Source of the DNA: an uncultured delta proteobacterium
Lineage (GTDB): Bacteria; Desulfobacterota; Binatia; UBA9968
Direction: 5' to 3'
Length of the DNA stretch: 64,000 nt
Assembly: GCA_963771465.1 (NCBI GenBank)
Contig: CAVYTU010000011.1
Location: 128,001-192,000, forward strand
Each line of letters begins with the position of its first letter. Positions within the stretch are counted from its first letter, which is position 1. Positions 48,825-58,483 of the stretch are shown here, in pieces. The position numbers and the translations under genes were made by a program. The notes beneath the pieces are model-generated. The model did not search any database and had not been told where the DNA came from. It was given only the letters and a program-made list of their open reading frames with translations.

Positions 48825-49856
48825 TTACGTATCGAGCAGGCTTGGGGAAAATACTTCTTCGATCTTAGCGAGACGCTGCGTCAAGCCTTCTGTGTGCGAG
48901 TTGTGAAAAAGCGTTTCCAGCATCTTGCGATTGGCCTTTATGCCAAATGGAAATGGATCGTTGCCGACCATCTTCTCTTGGCTCGCGCGGTCGCCGTTGT
49001 CGAAATAGAGGTATGCGGGGCTGCCGAAATTACCGAGCTCGTAGGCGATCCGTTTGCTCTCGCTAAAGAGCCGCAGGAGCTCGCTCGCCAGCCAGGGATT
49101 TTGTTCCAGCGCGCGGCGCTGAGCGACGATGACGTGATTGGCCGGGACGATGCCGGTTTTTTTGTGAAAAGCTTCGACGATCGACAGACCGCCGTCGGCG
49201 AACATTTTTCTTAAGCGCGGATTGCCTTCTAACGGCGTGCCGCCGTAGCGGTCGATGTTCAAGGTCATCAGCTTGGGATCGTGGCGCGGCGCGAAGCCGT
49301 AGGCGGCGTCGATTTCTCCTTTATCCAGCATGACGTCGAAGGTTTGCGCCGCGGTGAGCCAAGTCGTGGACACACCGGCCGGCGGCCTGGTGTCCATACC
49401 AAGCAGGCCGCCGTGGCTCAGGTCTTGAACCCGGCCGATGTACCAGGAAATTTCATTGGGTTGAATGGCGCAGAGCTCTTTGAGAATTACTCTGAACCAT
49501 AAGCCCGCGGTCATGACGTAGTCGGGGATGCCGACCCTTTTGCCTTTGAGGTCGCAGAGCGCTTCTATGCCGGCGCCGGTGTTGACGAACAGTGTCATCC
49601 AGACAAACGCTTTGGCGGGAAAGATCGGCAAGGCTTGCCACTGCCAGCGGTCGCCCTTCGCCTGCTCCCGCGTGATGAGGAATTCGGAGAGCGACATTTC
49701 GAAAACATCGAACTCATCGTTTTTCAGATTCTTGAAGAACAGTTCAGGCGGCGTGGTGACGTGAATATTGAGATTCAACTTATCCGACTTGACGCTGCCG
49801 TCGATCAACGGTTCGAAGCGGGGATTTTTGGTGACGCCCAATTTTAGGTCCAACAT
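48825..49856 (-). CDS. 4,5-dihydroxyphthalate decarboxylase-family protein
   Basis: PLIDGSV, PPELF, FDVFEMSLS, DLKGKRVGIPDY, PANHVI, DPFPFGIKANR. Confidence 0.8.
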   Translation of the reverse strand: MLDLKLGVTKNPRFEPLIDGSVKSDKLNLNIHVTTPPELFFKNLKNDEFDVFEMSLSEFLITREQAKGDRWQWQALPIFPAKAFVWMTLFVNTGAGIEALCDLKGKRVGIPDYVMTAGLWFRVILKELCAIQPNEISWYIGRVQDLSHGGLLGMDTRPPAGVSTTWLTAAQTFDVMLDKGEIDAAYGFAPRHDPKLMTLNIDRYGGTPLEGNPRLRKMFADGGLSIVEAFHKKTGIVPANHVIVAQRRALEQNPWLASELLRLFSESKRIAYELGNFGSPAYLYFDNGDRASQEKMVGNDPFPFGIKANRKMLETLFHNSHTEGLTQRLAKIEEVFSPSLLDT

Positions 49857-49975
49857 GATCGGTTCTCGATTCTCACTGTTTCACCTTTCATACGACGAGA
49901 TGGGAGATTGGGTCAAACGCGCGGGCGAACAATGTGGTTAATACAACTAGAGCGAATTATTCATGGTGCAGCAGC

Positions 49976-50149
49976 GATCGAATGCAACCCTTCCGGAACG
50001 AAGGCAAAACAGTTGTGCCTTGAAGGTGCAAGTGGGACGAGTTGTTTATGAGAAATCAACGGCGGAAAGGTCAAACATTGATCCGAGCGCCGGCACGAAA
50101 CGAACAGTTAGCGCTGATGCCTTCGTTCCTCCAGGGTCACACTTCGATC
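49976..50149. ncRNA. Putative structured non-coding element (long closing stem, branched interior)
   Basis: gatcgaa/ttcgatc, accct/agggt and perfect 12-bp ggaacgaaggca/tgccttcgttcc; inner gtgcc/ggcac, gttg/caac, ggcg/cgcc, ggtcaa/ttgatc helices. Confidence 0.4.
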
Positions 50150-50196
50150 AACTGAGTGTCGTCAAGTTTCCACGTTGAGGAACAATCCCCGGGCTA

Positions 50197-50227
50197 GGCG
50201 AGTCGAACTCGATCGACTCGCCCTTTT
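50197..50227 (+). terminator. Intrinsic terminator oriented on + strand
   Basis: ggcgagtcga-actcga-tcgactcgcc followed by ctttt. Confidence 0.65.
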
Positions 50228-50248
50228 GCTGAAAACAATTCTGAAAAT

Positions 50249-51059
50249 TTACGACGGATTGCGCACGACGAAATGTTGTTCGGGCACGGGATAGCCGGCG
50301 GCGCCGCAGGTTTCGCGGATGACTTTGTTGGTATCGAAATAAACTTGCCAGTAGTGATCGGTGTGACAATACGGCCGTACGGCGAGCACGGGGCCATTGA
50401 AGTTGAACTCAAGTAGTTCGACATCGGGCGACGGATCAGTTTTGATATTCGCTACCTTGCCGACCCGTTCTTTGAGCAGTTTGATCGCTTCATTATGATC
50501 GACCGAGTGGGCAAGTTGGGCTTTCAAGTCGACGCGGCGATATGGATTCGCGCGAAAAATTTTGGATGGTATCGGAGAATATCTTGTTATTACCGAGCAT
50601 CGTCAGCACATTATCCGGTGTGACCACCGCGGTGAACAAATAGGCCGATTTCTTTAACGGTTCCGGTGACGCCCGCTGCGGTGACGAAGTCCCCGACCTT
50701 GAACGGCCGGAGCACAATCATAAATGCACCGGCGGCGAAGTTGGCCAACAGGCCGCTCCATGCCATGCCGATGGCGACGCCGGCGGCGGCGAGGATGGCG
50801 GCGAAGCTGGTGGTCTCGACGCCGAAGTAGCCGAGGATGGCGACGACCAAAATGACATTCAGCGTCACCGAAATCACCGTGCCGATATAACGCAGCAAGG
50901 TGGGATCGACTTTTTGTTTTTCCAGAGCCGAGGTCACCAATCGGATCGCCAAACTGATGAGCCAACGGCCGATCAAATAAAAAATAATCGCGCCGACGAT
51001 TTTGAAACCGACTAGAATGCCGACGTCGATAATGATTGCATTGTTTTTCCTACGTCCAT
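50249..51059 (-). pseudogene. mscS: Small-conductance mechanosensitive channel with about 3 frameshifts
   Basis: Pieces GVETTSFAAILAAAGVAIG...LRPFKVGD, TPDNVLTMLGNNKIF and PYRRVDLKAQL lie in different frames (shifts near 51040, 50640, 50555). Confidence 0.8.
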
Positions 51060-51298
51060 GAGTCCGCCCTCCTTAGCTTGTCATGAATCTTTTTCTTGGT
51101 TGAGACGCTCAATCACTGAGGATCTTCCATTTTTTCTTTAGGCTAGGCAATGTACACTTGTCAATGAAAACTTGCCGGTCGTTGCGTTAATTCGTCATTA
51201 CATTGTTTGTACATGAGCGCCGTTGATTCATTGGACATTGACGGGAGCTTCAGGTATGAGAGGAAATCTCACGATGGTAGAAACTCGGAGGTTCGCAG

Positions 51299-52186
51299 AT
51301 GAAAGTTTGTCATTACAATAACAATCAAGCCGGCGTAGCGGTTGGCGACAAAGTAATCAACTTCGGCGACGCGTTGATCAAAGCCGGCTTGGCGCGCCAA
51401 GGCTACACCATGCTCGAAATCATCGACGCTCTGGCGAACAATCCGGCGGCGATGCAAATCGCGCGCGATGCGGCGAACAGTTCCGGCGGTGTGGACTTAA
51501 GTTCGGTCAAATTGCTCGCGCCGATCCAAAATCCCGGCACGCTCTGGGCCGCGGCGGCCAACTATGGCGCGCACCGCGCCGAGATGGTCGACCGCATGGG
51601 CAGCGCGAACAAGCAGATCGTCAACAAAGACGATTTGATGGCGGAGTTTTTCATCAAGACCTCTTCGTCGATTATCGGTCCCGGCGACACGGTGATTCTG
51701 CCGAAAATGTCCAAGTTGGTCGACTTCGAGTGCGAGCTGTGCGCCGTGATTGGCAAGAAGGCGCGCAAAGTGACCGAAGCGCAGTCCCTCGAACATGTCT
51801 TCGGTTACATGATCTGCTGGGACATCAGCCAGCGCGATCCGTGGGGCAAGGGCATGCACAACACGCGCAACATGCGCAAAGGCTTCGATACGTTTACCGC
51901 GCTCGGTCCGTGGATCGTCACGCGCGACGAAATCGAAGAGCCGCAGAATCTTTCAATCACGGTCTTGCAGAACGGCGTAGACGCAATGATCGCGCATACC
52001 AGCGACATGATCTGCGGCCTGCGCGAGCATATCCGCTTTCTCAGCAACTGTCTGACCTTGCGCAGCGGCGATCTGATCACCACCGGCACGCCGGCCGGCG
52101 TGAGCAAGTTGCATGACGGCGATCGTCTGCACGGCACGATTGAAAAGATCGGCAGCATGGAATTGTTCGTCAAAGACGAAAAATAG
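51299..52186 (+). CDS. Fumarylacetoacetate hydrolase-family protein
   Basis: VDFECEL, DISQRD, KGFDTF, GDLITTGTPAGV. Confidence 0.92.
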   Translation: MKVCHYNNNQAGVAVGDKVINFGDALIKAGLARQGYTMLEIIDALANNPAAMQIARDAANSSGGVDLSSVKLLAPIQNPGTLWAAAANYGAHRAEMVDRMGSANKQIVNKDDLMAEFFIKTSSSIIGPGDTVILPKMSKLVDFECELCAVIGKKARKVTEAQSLEHVFGYMICWDISQRDPWGKGMHNTRNMRKGFDTFTALGPWIVTRDEIEEPQNLSITVLQNGVDAMIAHTSDMICGLREHIRFLSNCLTLRSGDLITTGTPAGVSKLHDGDRLHGTIEKIGSMELFVKDEK

Positions 52187-52201
52187 TTATCAGGAGTTTT
52201 T

Positions 52202-53311
52202 ATGTCTGCAGCGCCGAAAGCCAATCCGCCGATCCGAACATTGCTTGGCCCCGGTCCGAGCCCGGTTAGCCAGCGCGTGCTGAACGCTTTATCGCTCCCA
52301 GTGGTCGGCCATCTCGATCCTAAATTCTTGGAAATCATGGATCAAAACATGGCGATGTTGCGGGAAGTGTTTCAGACCACCAATCGCGTCGCTTTGCCGA
52401 TGTCGGGCACCGGCAGCGCCGGGATGGAAACCTGCTTTGTCAATTTGCTGGAGCCTGGCGAGAGCGTGTTGATCGGCGTCAACGGCGTCTTTGGCACGCG
52501 TATGGTCGACGTGGCGCAGCGTTGCGGCGCGCAGGTCGATACGGTCGACGCCGAGTGGGGCACGGCGCTCGACGCCGAGAAATTCAAAACCGCGCTGGCG
52601 CAGAAAAAGTATAAGCTCGTCGCCATCGTGCACGCCGAGACTTCGACCGGCGTGCTGCAACCGCTCGATGACATCGCCAAGCTGGTACACGAAAGCGGCG
52701 CGCTGCTGTTGGTCGACGCGGTGACTTCCCTCGGCGGCGCGCCGGTCAGAGTCGATGAGTTGGGGATCGATGCCTGTTACAGCGGCACGCAGAAATGTTT
52801 GGGCTGTCCGCCGGGGCTGTCGCCGGTGACGTTCAACGAGCGGGCGATCGAAGTCATTCGCAAGCGCAAGACCAAAGTGCAGAGCTGGTATCTCGATCTA
52901 TCATGATCGAGAAGTACTGGGGCAGGAGCGCGTCTATCACCACACCGCGCCGATCTCGATGAACTACGCGCTGCACGAAGCGCTGCGCGTTGTTCTCGAA
53001 GAAGGCTTGGACAAGGCGCTGGCGGCGACACAAGCGAACTGCACGAACTGTTCGTCCGCGAAATGCGCAAGCTGGAGATCGAACCCGCGGTAGCGGAATC
53101 CATTCGCGCGCCGATGATCAACGCGGTCAAAATTCCTGACGGCGCAGACGACGCTAAAGTGCGTGCGCGCTTATACGATGACTTCAATATCGAAATCGGC
53201 GCCGGCCTCGGCCCGCTCAAGGGAAAAATCTGGCGCGTCGGTTTGATGGGCCACGGATCGAGAGCGGAGAACGTCGAGATTCTAGCGAAGGCGTTGAAGC
53301 AGCTGATCTAA
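52202..53311 (+). pseudogene. Alanine/serine-glyoxylate aminotransferase (class V PLP) with several frameshifts
   Basis: LLGPGPS, HAETSTG, SGTQKCL; continuation [17 protein letters not shown] and IEIGAGLGPLKGKIWRVG lies in shifted frames between 52900 and 53040. Confidence 0.85.
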
Positions 53312-53451
53312 ATAATACCTCTCACATAGCTTCGGATTTGCGTATAGACGATCGAAGCTGGCGATCCGCTATCTTCCATGATCACCCTCGCGGCTAGGCA
53401 GACAACGTCGCCGCCCACTCCCCATATCCGTTATGCAGCAGCGCCCGAGGA

Positions 53452-54360
53452 TTATTGCTGTGCCACTTCGATCGGCTTGACGAACTCTTTACGGATAAAA
53501 CCGGTCGGCCCAGCGTTGCCAGCGCGGACTTCGAACCAATCGCCATGCCGTTTCACCAGCGTTACTTTCGTGCCGATAGCAAATGTGGTTAGGGAGTTCG
53601 ACGAGAAATTGGGATCCTTGCGCAGCAAGGTCGGATATTTGATTTGAAATTCGCTGGGGTCGGCTTTGATTCCGCTCTGCGCGGATGATTTCGTGTTGAC
53701 CACTGCGACTGGGGCAGGGGCAATGGAAACCGGCGCTTTTGCTTGGGGCTTGATTGTGCTGATCGCCGCCGTCTGGCGGCTCTGCGCAGTATTGTCGCCG
53801 AGGCTGGCTAAAGATTTTTCCCAGAGCACGAGAGTTGTTATATCCATTCCCTCGCGCACGAAAAGCAGTGGGCATGTCACCGTGAGGGTTTCCGATACGA
53901 CATCGGCGAAAGACCATTTCGACACTTCGGCGATCACCGCTTTCTTGAAGTCGACATCATTGACGCGTGAGGACAGTTCTTTTATCTGACTGACTTCGCC
54001 CGAAGGCGAGATGTTGAACTGAAGCATCACGCTACCGATCAGGTTGGGATTTTTCGCAGTCTCTTGGCGATACAACTCGCGTACTCGCTGCAGGTGACTT
54101 TCAAGCCGCAGCATAATTTTGCCAGACTCAAGGGGAAAGTCTTTATCGCTCCGAATGCTAAAGCCAAGGTCTTGTGCAAGAAATACCATGTCGCCTAGAG
54201 CCATGTTCATGGCTTGCGCGGGCTTTTGTGCTGGTGCCGCCACTTTAACGCTGGCAATTGCTTCTTTCTTAGGTGACTGGTTACCCGTCCCGAATCCAAA
54301 GTAGGCAGCCCCTAAGATGACAAGGCAGAATATCAATCCGATGATTGTTTTCATCCCCAA
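53452..54360 (-). CDS. Membrane-anchored AgmX/PglI-C (TonB-C-like) domain plus SH3 domain protein
   Basis: N-terminal TM; LYRQETAKNPNLIGSVMLQFNISPSGEV...KWSF; C-terminal LRKDP...GTKV...GDWFEV...GFIRKEFV. Confidence 0.7.
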   Translation of the reverse strand: MGMKTIIGLIFCLVILGAAYFGFGTGNQSPKKEAIASVKVAAPAQKPAQAMNMALGDMVFLAQDLGFSIRSDKDFPLESGKIMLRLESHLQRVRELYRQETAKNPNLIGSVMLQFNISPSGEVSQIKELSSRVNDVDFKKAVIAEVSKWSFADVVSETLTVTCPLLFVREGMDITTLVLWEKSLASLGDNTAQSRQTAAISTIKPQAKAPVSIAPAPVAVVNTKSSAQSGIKADPSEFQIKYPTLLRKDPNFSSNSLTTFAIGTKVTLVKRHGDWFEVRAGNAGPTGFIRKEFVKPIEVAQQ

Positions 54361-54805
54361 CCCCCAACTGTGTTTCTTACTGATTATAAAAAATTTCCTC
54401 TGGTCAGTGTCGTAGCCGCTTGCTGACCAAAGGGATAGATATCACAGCAACTTTTGTACCGTCAGAGCCGCTGGGCTGACGTAGAACAAGGTAATCTTTC
54501 GTTGTCTTTGCCTGATAATGGAACTAGCTGGGAAACAAAAGCGGTATGGGCGTTATCGGAGATGTTATTCGCGTTACAATTGTCCATCCATGGCATGGAG
54601 TTTACGACTACGGCGATCGCTTCCGCTCGCCCTCAGTGGACATTTTTTGGCCGGCTACCGGATAGTTCGGACGGTTTTCTATTCGCTCGGAGTCTGGGGT
54701 GGATTCCGATCAGAGTACTTTATGATGCTGTCATGGGTTCGGCGAAGGAGACGTTGGCATGAAGCAAACTTGGCTCGTTCATAAGTTGTTACGCATTGGT
54801 TATGT

Positions 54806-54981
54806 CATTGTCTGGCGACTGGGCGCTTTGGCGCGGCCGTGGAGAAAGACCTCGCTGACGGCAAACTCGCGGGATTGACGGCAACCCCGGTTTCTACATC
54901 AATCGACGAATGCTTTGCGGAGCGCAGCCGAGGGAAGCTTTTGTCAAGCTGATCGAGCAAGAGTTGGCGCCGCGGCGCTGA
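54806..54981 (+). pseudogene. Remnant of the C-terminus of a DsbA-family oxidoreductase
   Basis: Translated by hand: CLATGRFGAAVEKDLADGKLAGLTATP / FYINRRMLCGAQPREAFVKLIEQEL; one frameshift; no N-terminus or CxxC. Confidence 0.6.
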
Positions 54982-55068
54982 CGAGTTATTTATTAATGAT
55001 GCTCGGCAGCGCCGCAATTCTGGCGAGTTAACGTTATTGCAGGGTGAAGGATTTTGAAGCGCTGCCGT

Positions 55069-56085
55069 TTACGCCACCGACGGTGCTGTTGGCTTGACTT
55101 GCCAGTTGCCAAGCGGGTCTCGGTTATGGATGCGATATTGATAGATTGCGATGCCATTGGCCGCCGTGATAGCGCTCGCATTACTGACCCCGCCCGTAGG
55201 CGTGGTCATCGTTAAGTTTACCGTCACGTTAGGCGCGGGAGCGCCGTTGACCGTGACCGTCGTGGTAATCCGCACATTCTGACGCCGAGTGTAGCTGGCT
55301 TTGTCAGTAGCGACAGTCACATTGACCGATGCGATTGTGTAAACGACCACCGCGCCGCTGACGCTGTCGGTGTAACTCGCGTCGGCGCCGTGGGTCGCTG
55401 AAGCTGATAAATTGTACATCCCATCGGTGCTGGCCGCCGGCGCAGTTAACGTTAAACTCGTATTGGCCGTTCCGCCAGGGGCTATAGCTATCGAACTGCT
55501 GCCGAGACTCGAACTCCAGCCGCTCGGCGCACTGCGGACGATATTGAAACTAGCGGTCGCACAGCCGCCGTTATCGTTGTTTTTCACCGAGAGTGTGTAG
55601 CTGGCGGATGCTCCCGCCGCGATCGTTTGATTGGTCGTCGGCGCAATGGTGATGTCCGGAACGCCGCGAACGCAGGCCAGCGCGCCGTAGGAGACGTAGA
55701 TACTGCCGTTGAGAGAATTTGAACAGGGAACTTCGGGAGTCAGCGTCACACCGGATACGGCATCGGTGAAACTCGAGCCGACGATCAAGCCGGGATCGTT
55801 CCACGACGATGTCTCAGGTGTGAGGTCCAACAAGTAGCTGCTGTCACTGCTGGCTTCGTCGCCGGTGTGGATGACGAAACCATTGAGTATGTTTGGGCTG
55901 CTCGCAAGACTGGCATCGAAGCCAAGCGGACGGCGGCATTCGGCATAGAAATATTGTCTCTTGCCGCTGGTCGGGTTGGTGTACTTGAGAATCTTGACCG
56001 CTTTGGCATTGTTTCCCACCGTTTCAAATGGATGGAGGGAGTAGCTGCCGTTGCTGATCGCAGTCGTGATCGGCGGCGATGTGCA
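55069..56085 (-). pseudogene. C-terminal part of a secreted M11/M6-like metallopeptidase with NEW3/Ig-like domains
   Basis: Frame extends above 56019 (SPPITTAISNGSYSLHPFETVGNNAKAVKILK) without start or signal peptide; YAECRRPLGFD, SYLLDLTP, APSGWS; no HExxH. Confidence 0.55.
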
Positions 56086-56436
56086 ATGAGTTGGTGGTCA
56101 CTGGCGGCGCCCTTACCGGCTTGATACGGTCACGGTCGTCGCTCGTTGCCGTGTTGGATGTAGTCGTTAAAGCTGATTGGCACCTTACCAAGGCAAGCGT
56201 TAAGCCAGTGGATTGTCGGTGGGGCTGGCAGGGATCGAACTAGGATGGCAAGGGATGGCGAACTGAACAGTTCGAGGTTCGCGCGCACGGCGCACCGAGT
56301 GCGCTAATCCGTGGCAAATTTGTGCGCTTGGATGGCGCCGCCAAGTTTGGCAATTTGTTGCATTTGATGGTAACGAGACTTACGACAGGAAATGCCATCG
56401 TAGTTTCTGCAAACAATGTTTAAATGAGGAGGAAGT

Positions 56437-57465
56437 ATGAGACGACTAGGATTTTTTATCGGGTTGATCATGGTTATAAGCCCAGAGGCCCGTGCGCAAT
56501 CGCCCTATTATCAAGGCAAGACGATTAGTTTCGTGGTCGGTTCGGGGGCTGGGACCGCCTATGATATTTACGCGCGCTTGCTGGGAAATCATATCGGCAA
56601 GTATCTTCCTGGTAATCCGTCGGTGATCATGCAGAACATGCCGGCGGCGGGCGGCATTGTCGCCGCCAACTATGTCTACGGCGTAGCCAAGCCCGATGGT
56701 TTGACAATCGCCTCGATCAATCCGGCGCATTATTTCAATCAGATTCAGGGCAATAAAGAGATCAAATTCGACTGGACGAAATTTACCTGGATCGCCAGCT
56801 CGGACAAGTCGGAACACATGCTCTACATGCGCGCCGACGCGCCGTTCAAGACGATGCAAGATATTCGCAACGCCAAGGAGCCGCCCAAATGCGGTGCGAC
56901 TGGAACGGGCACCAGCGGTCACTACATTCCGCGCTTGCTCGAAGAAACTCTTGGCACCAAGTTCACCATCGTTACCGGTTACGCCGGCGGTAACGAGATC
57001 GATCTGGCGACGGAGCGAAATGAGGTGGTGTGCCGGTCGTTTACCACAGCTGCATACTTCGGCCGCGAGCCGTATCACACGTGGCGCAAGAAAAATTTTG
57101 TGCGCATTCTCTTGCAGACCGGCCGCACGAAAGATCCCAGATTGCCGGACACACCGCTTTACGGAGACTTAATGAACGAAGCGAAGACCCCCGATTTGGG
57201 CCGGCGCGTGGCGACCGTTATGTTGGGGTCCGGCGAGTTGGGGCGGCCGTACGTCGCCCATCCGAATACATCGCCTGAGATTACCAAAGCCTTGCGCGAC
57301 GCGTTCATGAAAAGCATGGCCGATCCGCAACTGCTCGCCGAAGCGACCAAGGTTAATTTGGAAATCACCGCCGTCAGCGGCGAAGAGCTGGCGAAGACGG
57401 CCAGGGACGTGATCAATCAGCCAGCGGACGTGCTCGACCGGATCAGAAAGATATTGGCGCAGTGA
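56437..57465 (+). CDS. TctC/Bug-family substrate-binding protein
   Basis: YYQGKTI, QNMPAAGG, AKPDGLT, PPKCG, ERNEVVCR motifs. Confidence 0.9.
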   Translation: MRRLGFFIGLIMVISPEARAQSPYYQGKTISFVVGSGAGTAYDIYARLLGNHIGKYLPGNPSVIMQNMPAAGGIVAANYVYGVAKPDGLTIASINPAHYFNQIQGNKEIKFDWTKFTWIASSDKSEHMLYMRADAPFKTMQDIRNAKEPPKCGATGTGTSGHYIPRLLEETLGTKFTIVTGYAGGNEIDLATERNEVVCRSFTTAAYFGREPYHTWRKKNFVRILLQTGRTKDPRLPDTPLYGDLMNEAKTPDLGRRVATVMLGSGELGRPYVAHPNTSPEITKALRDAFMKSMADPQLLAEATKVNLEITAVSGEELAKTARDVINQPADVLDRIRKILAQ

Positions 57466-57514
57466 CGCCAGGCAATAACGCGGAGCGAGAATTTCGCAAT
57501 CAGTAGGCTCACTG

Positions 57515-58456
57515 GTGGCTTTATTGCTTCGACGGTCGGAAGTTTCGGGTTTGCTCGATTTGCGTCAAGCGATGGGCGTGCTGGAGCAGACGTTTCGCGA
57601 ACAATCTGAAGGCAAGGTCAAGCAAGTGGCGCCGCTACGCTTCATGAATCGCGGCATGCGCATGGTCGTCGGCGGTTTGGACGCGCAGGACAAGAATGGC
57701 TTGCGTGTGAGCGTTACCGGCGGCAAGTCTTTGGCGATGTTGTTCGAAATCAGCTCGGGAAATTTACTTGCCTTGATGGGTTATCCTTACAGCGAGTTAC
57801 GAATCAGCGCGACCGTGGGACTAGCCATCAAGCGATTTACGAATTCGCATGCGAAGACGGTGGCGATGATCGGTAGCGGCCGCCTGGCGCTGCCGATTCT
57901 CGAACCTGCGTGCGCCGTTCGTTCCATTGAGCGCGTCTTGGTTTACAGCAGGAACGCGGAAAATCGCGAAAGCTTTGCCGCGTAAGGCAGCCGCGTGCTT
58001 AAGACTTCGGTGGTAGCGGTGACATCGGCTCAAGCGGCGATCGATCAAGCGGACTTCGTACTCGTCAGCACGAATTCGCCCGCGGCGGCACTGCTTGGCG
58101 AGTGGCTGCGTCCTGGGCTTGCGGTCTTCGGCATCGGCCGGCCCAATGAATTCGACGACGAAGTTTATCTCCGCGCGAACTTGATTTGCGTGACCAGTAA
58201 AACCCATGAACTTGACTACTACGATCGGAAACTCGATCAGCCGTTGATTCGGCTGTCGCAGGGGAAAGCGATTGCGTGGGATGGCGTCGCGGAGCTTGGC
58301 GATGTCTTGAGCGGCAAAATTGCGGTGCCAGATTTATCGCGCAGTCTGATCGTGTTTCGCGACTCCCAGGGTGGTTATGGCGACTTGGCTTTAGCAGCGT
58401 GGGTGTACGAAGAGGCGCGACGACGCGGGTTAGGCCACGAGATCAGTACGGAATGA
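57515..58456 (+). pseudogene. Ornithine cyclodeaminase/mu-crystallin family protein with one in-frame TAA
   Basis: 57515..57985 and 57995..58456 share a frame (GCG TAA GGC AGC CGC GTG); IGSGRLA, VYSRN, ELGDVL, DSQGGYGDLA. Confidence 0.8.
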
Positions 58457-58483
58457 ACGGTCGAGCGATCAGAGGGTGAGGCG

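Noticed and set aside
50096-50120. Hammerhead-like words CGAAAC and CTGATG
   Set aside because: The core reads CUGAUGC rather than CUGAUGA and the three stems cannot be formed.
49995-50133. tRNA or tRNA-Sec (GGAAC... to ...GTTCC-TCCA)
   Set aside because: No T-loop GTTCRA, no D arm and no UCA anticodon arm; too long.
54454-54784. Two short overlapping + strand ORFs (102 and 88 aa)
   Set aside because: No motifs or clear RBS and atypical composition; likely non-coding.
57983-57985. In-frame stop as possible recoding site
   Set aside because: It is TAA, not UGA or UAG, is not at a catalytic motif, and lies in the error-rich region.
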